DNA of 64,000 nucleotides from Symsagittifera roscoffensis (Eukaryota): NCBI RefSeq assembly GCF_963678635.1, contig NC_087064.1, positions 32,745,028 to 32,809,027 of the forward strand, read 5' to 3'. Shown piece by piece: positions 57,901 to 64,000 of this stretch (position 1 is its first letter; each line of letters starts with the position of its first letter). The notes under the pieces were generated by a model. It saw only the letters and a program-made list of their open reading frames with translations, ran no database searches and was not told where the DNA came from. The position numbers and the translations under genes were made by a program.

Positions 57901-60451
57901 CTAGTCGGCAAGGGGTAGGCAGTTTTGACAAAACTGTTTGGACATTTGTCGTAGAGTGTAGATCGTGCTGGAATCCAAGTGTCGTGATTGTATCGACCAT
58001 TGTCTGTAGGAAGTTGGCGAGGTCCTTGTAGCTTCTGGTATGTCGTAGATTGGGGCCGCTGATGGCGTCGAGTCGTCGAAGGAAGGATGTAACTATCTTC
58101 GTCGGGTTACCAAAATCGTTTTCCAGTCGCTGAAGGGCTGCGTCATACATTGCTCCATTGCATCCATATCCTCGGATGAGAGATTTGGCATCTCCGGATA
58201 CAAGTTTCTGCAGATGTGTCATCTTTTCCGAGTTTTTCATGTCGGTGCTGTTGATGGTTGCGTTGAACAGTCCTATCCAATCTAACCATTGTTCAGGTTC
58301 TCCGTCGAATATGAATGGTTTGACAATGGGCACTGATTTCCTGAATGTCTTCGAGATCGTTTGATGATAGTTGTGGTCTGTCGGTGCTGTTCCAAGGTTG
58401 GTCGGAATCGGAAAATAAGTCGGCTGGTTCTGATGTGCTGCATGTTGATGGACTGCATGTTGATGAGGGGGAGGTCGGTTGATATTTGGGTGAGTTGTTC
58501 CTGTTGGTCCCCTGCAGCCTGCATGAGTGAAGGCTGTTGTTGATGATGTCGGCATGTTCGTAGGGTTGTATGCTGTCGTGGTTCCCAGAAACCCCTCCTG
58601 GTACGATCGTATGGCAGGTTGTGTACACTGGTGAGTCAGGGTCGGCTGGCTGGAGGTCCAATTTGTTGCTGTTCGTTGATCTCCTTGGTTTGTTGGCAGT
58701 AGTGCTGGTTGTGCTGGTATCGGTACTCCGTTGATGTTTGTGATACCCTTAGCTGTCGTCTGGTGTCCACTGAACACGTTGGTGGGGGGATGATTGGTTG
58801 AATTCTGATTTCCAATCGTCAAGATGGGTCTAAAGGCGCTATTCGGATTATGTGTCCTCTGTTGTTGGCTTGAAGGCTGGTTCTGTTGTTGGCTTGAAGG
58901 CTGGTTCTGTTGTTGGCTTGAAGGCTGGTATAGTCGATGTGGGGGGCTAGCTGTCTGGGGAGCAAGAATTGGGTGTGTGATTTGCTGTCCAATCATTTGA
59001 CTCTGAGCTGCTTTTGAAGTTGCTGTCGGAAGAAATATTGGCGCTGAAACATTTCTTTGTCGGGTTGCTGGTGCGTTCATCTGCTGATTGAAAACTTGGA
59101 TTTGAGTTCCAGGGTTGGAGTGCGGTGACGTTTCATGAAGTTGAGCTTCTGAGTTCGGTCTTTGTCCCACTGTTGCTGTCAATTGCTGATTGTCGATTTG
59201 GAGTTGAGTTCCATTGTTCAATTCTATAGTCGTTCCTTGAAGTTGAGCTTCTGGGTGGTTTCGGTTGAAAGTTTGAACTTTGTGACAAGTCGGCGTTCGG
59301 CTGCTGCAATGAGAGGTTTGACTGAGGATGGAGGTGAGTTCCATGGGCAGATTGAGTTCCAAGAGTTTCTGTTTGTTGTTGATGAATACGATGATCCAAG
59401 GTATTGGCGTCGCTGTTAGATCCGGGGCGAAGTAGGAGTCCTGAATTGTCCTGGGTGGAATTTGATCTGTGGTTTGAAGTAGCGTTTAAGATTGCTGGCA
59501 ATCCTGAAAATTGTGGCAAATCGTTCGGGGTGTCCTGGTCCATGGTAACGTTTTGTGTAGTGGTACTACGGGTTAAACTTTCCGTTTGGCTTCGAAGGGG
59601 AAGATTTTCCAAGGCTTGTCGTATTATTGAAGGCGTCGAGACGTTGCTGGCTACTCGTGATGAGTTTAAAGAAGCGTAGTTGGATCGTTCGGTACAAAAC
59701 TTTCAAAGTTTTCAATCGTTCAATGATTGAGTCTTGCTGGTCCGTTCCGGTGCGTATTATCTTGACTGTTTCGTTATTGGCATCATCAAGCAAGCTCTTC
59801 AATTCCGTTAAGAAATCGTTTATGATCTGTACTTCGTCGGAATCGCTTATGGCTTGGTTAATTGCTTTTGCTAAAATTTCTACGTCTGTTTCTATGACTT
59901 TATAAACAGCATCATAGGTTGAATTCATTTTTAATTGACTATGTCTCCTAAACTTAATTCACGTTTTGACGTGTCAGACAAAAATTCCTTTGATTACATG
60001 GAGTGTAAGGAGACTCTGAGAGTCTGAGACGCTGGTGGTAAGGAGTACAAGGAGTGTAATTCCTTTGATTACATGGAACCCTCGTAATTGTATTGTAACA
60101 AAAAAAATGATTTTGAGTTTTTTTTCTTTGGAACTTACAATCCAAAAAAAAGAAAAAAAAAGTAAACAATATGATTGGTTAGTATAAGGATGGATTCGTT
60201 GATTTTTCAAACAAAAAAAATTTGGTTTCGGTTTCTTTTTTTAAAAACTATTGTGCGCCAATGACAATGGCAATACGTTTTGGATGATTAAGATTCCAAT
60301 TTCAGATCGTAGTTTAGTTGTTTCCTTTTAAATGATTTCTTTTTGATTTTTGAGTTTTGAGTCTTTCAGTTTACTAATTTGGCGGCATATTCATGTCGAA
60401 AATGTGGCAAAATTAGGTTCGGCAAAGAATAAAGTTCAAATGTCGTAGACA
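54955..60451 (-). mobile_element. BEL/Pao copy B. It is 3'-truncated (starts inside the integrase-coding region, has no 3' LTR) and has a 5' LTR at 60262-60451. It is a product of segmental duplication, not an independent insertion.
   Basis: About 99% identical to 48051-53580. A private 1-bp deletion near 55930 shifts the RT frame. A deletion of about 43 bp near 59675 lies in gag. The same unique flank lies outside its 5' LTR as outside copy A. Confidence 0.8.
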
Positions 60452-63400
60452 CCGCTTTTGACTCTTTATTAGTCGTTGTTTTGGGACACATTTTGAACCT
60501 TCGATAAAAAAAGGTGCTTGTTAGTTGCTGTAACTGAAATTGGGTGATTTGATACGTCTTATTCAACAAATTAATCTGAAGGTCAATAGGATACTCCTGA
60601 ATCAACCATCTTTCTGAAATTTTTTGCAAAAATTTTTCTGCTGACGGAATAACAGACAGGGTTGGGCGACAATCTGTAACTAGCCTCGATTTGAAACAGG
60701 CAAAAATCAGAAAGGAATTGGCTTCTATCTCACCGTTGACTAGTAGCCGGGCTGTTCTCCGTTTGCTACATTAGGCATGCGTGAGTCTGGTCGCTTAGTA
60801 TACTTTACTTCATGTAAAACATGAAATAAAGCGTTACTAGTTGTCGCTTTTTCTGAATTGTCGCTCTTAGAAGCGTTTCGGCTCACGAGTTGACAGCCGA
60901 AAGCGTCCATTATCTGAAGCTAATAAGGAAAAGCCTGAGATCACTGCTATTCAAGAAAAAGAATTTTTTTTGGAAATTGTTCAGTCCGACTATATCGGCT
61001 ATAATGATAACGTGTTAGATTTTGATCGAGTTTTTAAAATTGGACTTGCTTTTTTTAATGGTTAAACCACTCAACAGTTTTTGTCGTTTAGATATTGGTA
61101 TGTCTACTCCAGTTTCAATCTGGGATCCGACTGGCCAAGTGCCGTTCAAAACATCAAGATCAAGTGCGCCACCATGCAACAGCACTCCTATGATGAAGCC
61201 AACTCTCACTTTATCATTTAGACGTCCATTGAATTCTTGATTTAAAATAGCTCAACAAGACTCCTATGATGAAGCCAACTCTCACTTTATCATTTAGACT
61301 TCCATTTAATTCTTGATTTAAAATAGCTGATAGAAATAAATTCATTTAGATAGACTTACAATACAAAATCTAATCTAACAATTTGAAATGGTTTGTCTCT
61401 TATTGATTAATCATTGTGAAATAAATGAGTGTTCGTGTCAACATAACCAGAAAAAATGTTCTTGAGGCAGCGGAAATAAACAGGTTTCATAATTATACAT
61501 GGTTAATTTGACGCAGACAAAAATTTGAAATGAAGAAAATGCTTATTTTTATTGCGATTTAACGTTTAGAACATTAATTATAAAACTTCACCATTTGTTT
61601 TTCTGAGACCCAGTTAGTAAGAAGAGTGACCTAAATTTTTTGTCACGCGGCCTTTCTTAAATATGCCTTTCTTAATTCACAAGTTTTCAGCCGAGTTCAA
61701 TACGCAGGTAACAGACACGGGGCAAATAAGTTACAATTTTTTTTGTAAGTTTGTTCGTGCTTCAGTTTGCAAAATTAACGAACGTTTTTCATAGCAGATA
61801 TACTGGGCGGCTTGAGAACGCATCATAATTATCTGTGTCAATTATTTTACCATCAGAAAAAATAGCTGAAAAGATTGGACTTTTCCGTATCAGCAGTCTT
61901 TAGAAAAGGTTGATCTAATTTCAAAGGCTAATCTGCAGTTGATTAGTTCATTTTTTGAGCTTAAATTTGATTATAAAATAAAATCAAATAGGTACTGTTG
62001 GAGCTAAAATGTCGAAGCAATTCTTCTACTTCTGAAGTTGACCAATAACAGAAATTCGTGATCCTCGCGAAATTTCGGAATAGCCAAAATTAAATTTTTT
62101 TTCAAAATTTTCATGTTTGGAGAAATAACGATTATTTCACGTGTTCAAATAACGAAACCTTTTGTACTTCATTAAATTCTAAATTTTTCAGATTTATTGG
62201 TTGTGCCTTTTTGCCAGCTTAACTGAGTTTTTGTTTGAAGCTCGCTTCAACTTCATTCTCTAAGTAGAGCTTAAATTAACATCTCCAATAGCAGAAATGT
62301 TGCCTTGTTGTTGGAAATGATAAATTAATTTTTCAAAACTTTCGTTCGAAAAAAAAGCTAATAATCCGAACTGAAATTCAGTAAGTATTCGCCTGCGATC
62401 TATTCGTAAAGTTCCAGTTCTGTGATTTAGTTCTACCAAAAAGAATAATCATAATTGAAGAGCGATATACATTTCATTCTAGCAACGTGTTAGCAACAAA
62501 TCATTCTGGCTCCTTAACTATTCGAAATTCCTCTGAGACTCCGAAACTATTTTTTTTTACATAAGCTGTTTGTGAAAAAAAGAACAATGCTAATTTAAAT
62601 TAACTGAACATAACGACTCAAGACTGAAATTTAAAACGCATTTTTCTCAAATTGGGCTGGCGATGGACAAAAGAAAGAAGGTGACAATTCTTAACTATAA
62701 TTTAAACAGAATCAGTATGAAACATTTTAAAGCGCGATTCGGGCCCAAATTTGATTTCAGAATTTGTCATTTTTGCTTTATAGTTAATCAAAAACAACGC
62801 AAATAGATCTCTCCAATTGTTGACAAAAGTACAAGGCTGGCGTGTTATTAACACATTGTTTTTAACAAGGGTATATTTAACATGTTATTAACCTGCTTTG
62901 TTCTTAACAGTGTCAAGTTGCGTCAAGTGCTGGCCTCGAAAGGTGCTTTTCAACCTTGGGATTCACCTACGGGAAGTTACGAGCCTCAATGGGGGTCGAA
63001 AAAGCTGGGAAACTGGCTTTTTTGTTCAAGCAACTCAAGCAGGAGAGATGTAGTTATTCGTGTAGATGGAAGAAGATTGTTTTGTTCGTATTTCAAGACG
63101 GGTCTCGTTGATCGTGGGTAGTCCTGGGTGATTGTGTCAATACTTCTGATCGATGCAATGATGTATCGATTTTCTTAAGTTTAGAGCGAGACTACGTGCA
63201 GGGTGAAGTTTGACTTTTACGTGTGAAGTGCCAAGGGACTAGGATCGGTATGTGAGATCAATATCGTGATGGCCATTGGTCTGGTTCAATGGGTTTCCTT
63301 TGCTGCGATGTTGGGTCCCTACTGAAAATCTTTTGAGGGTAGTGACTTCGGCAACAAACCAAATAGGTTTGCCATTCCTGAGTTGGAATGTTGTCGAGTT

Positions 63401-64000
63401 GTCATCTCTTTGCTACTCGTTCCTTGGGCTCTAAGAAATCTTTGCATTTTGCATTTGTTTATTTATAACTGGTTAGTTAAGATTAATTTCTATTTATGAT
63501 TTATTATTAGTTATTATCACAAAAGCGTTTTTATTCTTGCTCGGTTGTTTTAAAGAGTTGCTCACCCTGGAGCCACTATTATCAAAAATAGAGTACTGCA
63601 TGAGTCGTAGTGCATGGGGTGGGCACGTACTTCGAGCGACGTCATTCTGTTGGGTGAGGCCAGAAGTAGGTTATATTTTAATGGTCTCTTGTGCAGAGTC
63701 TCTTTACATGTTCAACCTTTTGTAACATTTTCATTTCTTGATTTTCTTTTTTTTTGTTTTGGTTGTGTCTTTTTCTCAGAGTATAATCTTTTGTTTTGGG
63801 TTCGTCTGTCGACTATTCGTCTGTGTATTATTTGATTTTAGTATAACTTGATGGTGGCATTCAAAAGAATTATTTATCCAGTTTTAATCTGAGTTTAATC
63901 CGGTTTGGGTACCGTGGGACTTTCTTTCTTAGTCATGCTATTAGTTGGTGGTTTTGTGGCGTTAATAAACTGCGTTGGTAAGCTTAGCTTACCTTTATAA

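Larger units (their letters stand above)
48051..61835. repeat. Tandem segmental duplication: unit 1 is 48051-54953 and unit 2 is 54955-61835, each about 6.9 kb. Each unit covers IN(part)-RH-RT-PR-gag, the 5' LTR and about 1.37 kb of flanking DNA.
   Basis: Co-linear identity of about 99% across the whole unit, including non-TE flank. The junction reads cataattatctg|agtcagatgaatatcgg with tctg/tca microhomology. Confidence 0.85.

Noticed and set aside
49198-59679. Numerous plus-strand ORFs of 60-180 aa inside the BEL copies (for example 49198..49404, 50291..50578, 52493..53035, 56109..56315 and 59404..59679).
   Set aside because: They are antisense to the minus-strand gag-pol and duplicated identically in both copies. 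They have no motifs. These are typical spurious antisense ORFs.
1-64000. A prokaryotic defence system, CRISPR array or operon, as hinted by the prompt.
   Set aside because: The sequence is eukaryotic. It has spliceosomal introns with GT-AG signals, poly(A)-tailed LINEs, LTR retrotransposons and AT-rich intergenic DNA. There are no short direct repeats separated by regularly sized spacers, and no cas-like genes.

Overview
This window is eukaryotic, AT-rich, intron-bearing and dense in transposable elements. It looks like a dipteran, possibly mosquito, genome, but the organism call is low confidence. There is no prokaryotic operon, CRISPR array or defence-island architecture. Features found: (1) At least ten same-orientation copies of an unclassified interspersed repeat of about 400 bp. 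(2) A degraded Polinton/Maverick-like DNA element on the minus strand (about 9.06-16.35 kb). It carries a Ulp1/adenain-like cysteine protease, a frameshifted rve-family integrase and an FtsK/A32-like packaging ATPase. (3) A multi-exon plus-strand host gene model (about 17.5-25.96 kb) with phase-consistent splice sites. Its first coding exon is a 75-bp tandem repeat encoding about 14 GLFG/proline-rich units. It also has three tandemly duplicated 39-codon cassette exons encoding an acidic ribosomal-P-stalk-like motif. (4) Two adjacent long hairpin inverted repeats with unrelated arms but a nearly identical 25-nt loop. (5) A full-length non-LTR LINE (27.16-30.81 kb, minus strand) with a PHD-like finger, an AP-endonuclease and an RT with a YADD motif. 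It has an N-terminal 2A-like NPGP motif and an unusual perfect terminal inverted duplication of about 130 bp. (6) A tRNA-derived SINE-like repeat, a degraded LINE RT fragment and several minisatellites and satellites. (7) A degraded BEL/Pao fragment on the plus strand, followed by a satellite of about 527 bp x 2.7. (8) A BEL/Pao LTR retrotransposon (46316-53580) with 187-201 bp LTRs, a 5-bp TSD and a PBS-like site. It sits inside a tandem segmental duplication of about 6.9 kb that produced a second, 3'-truncated copy (54955-60451). The two copies are pseudogenised at different positions.
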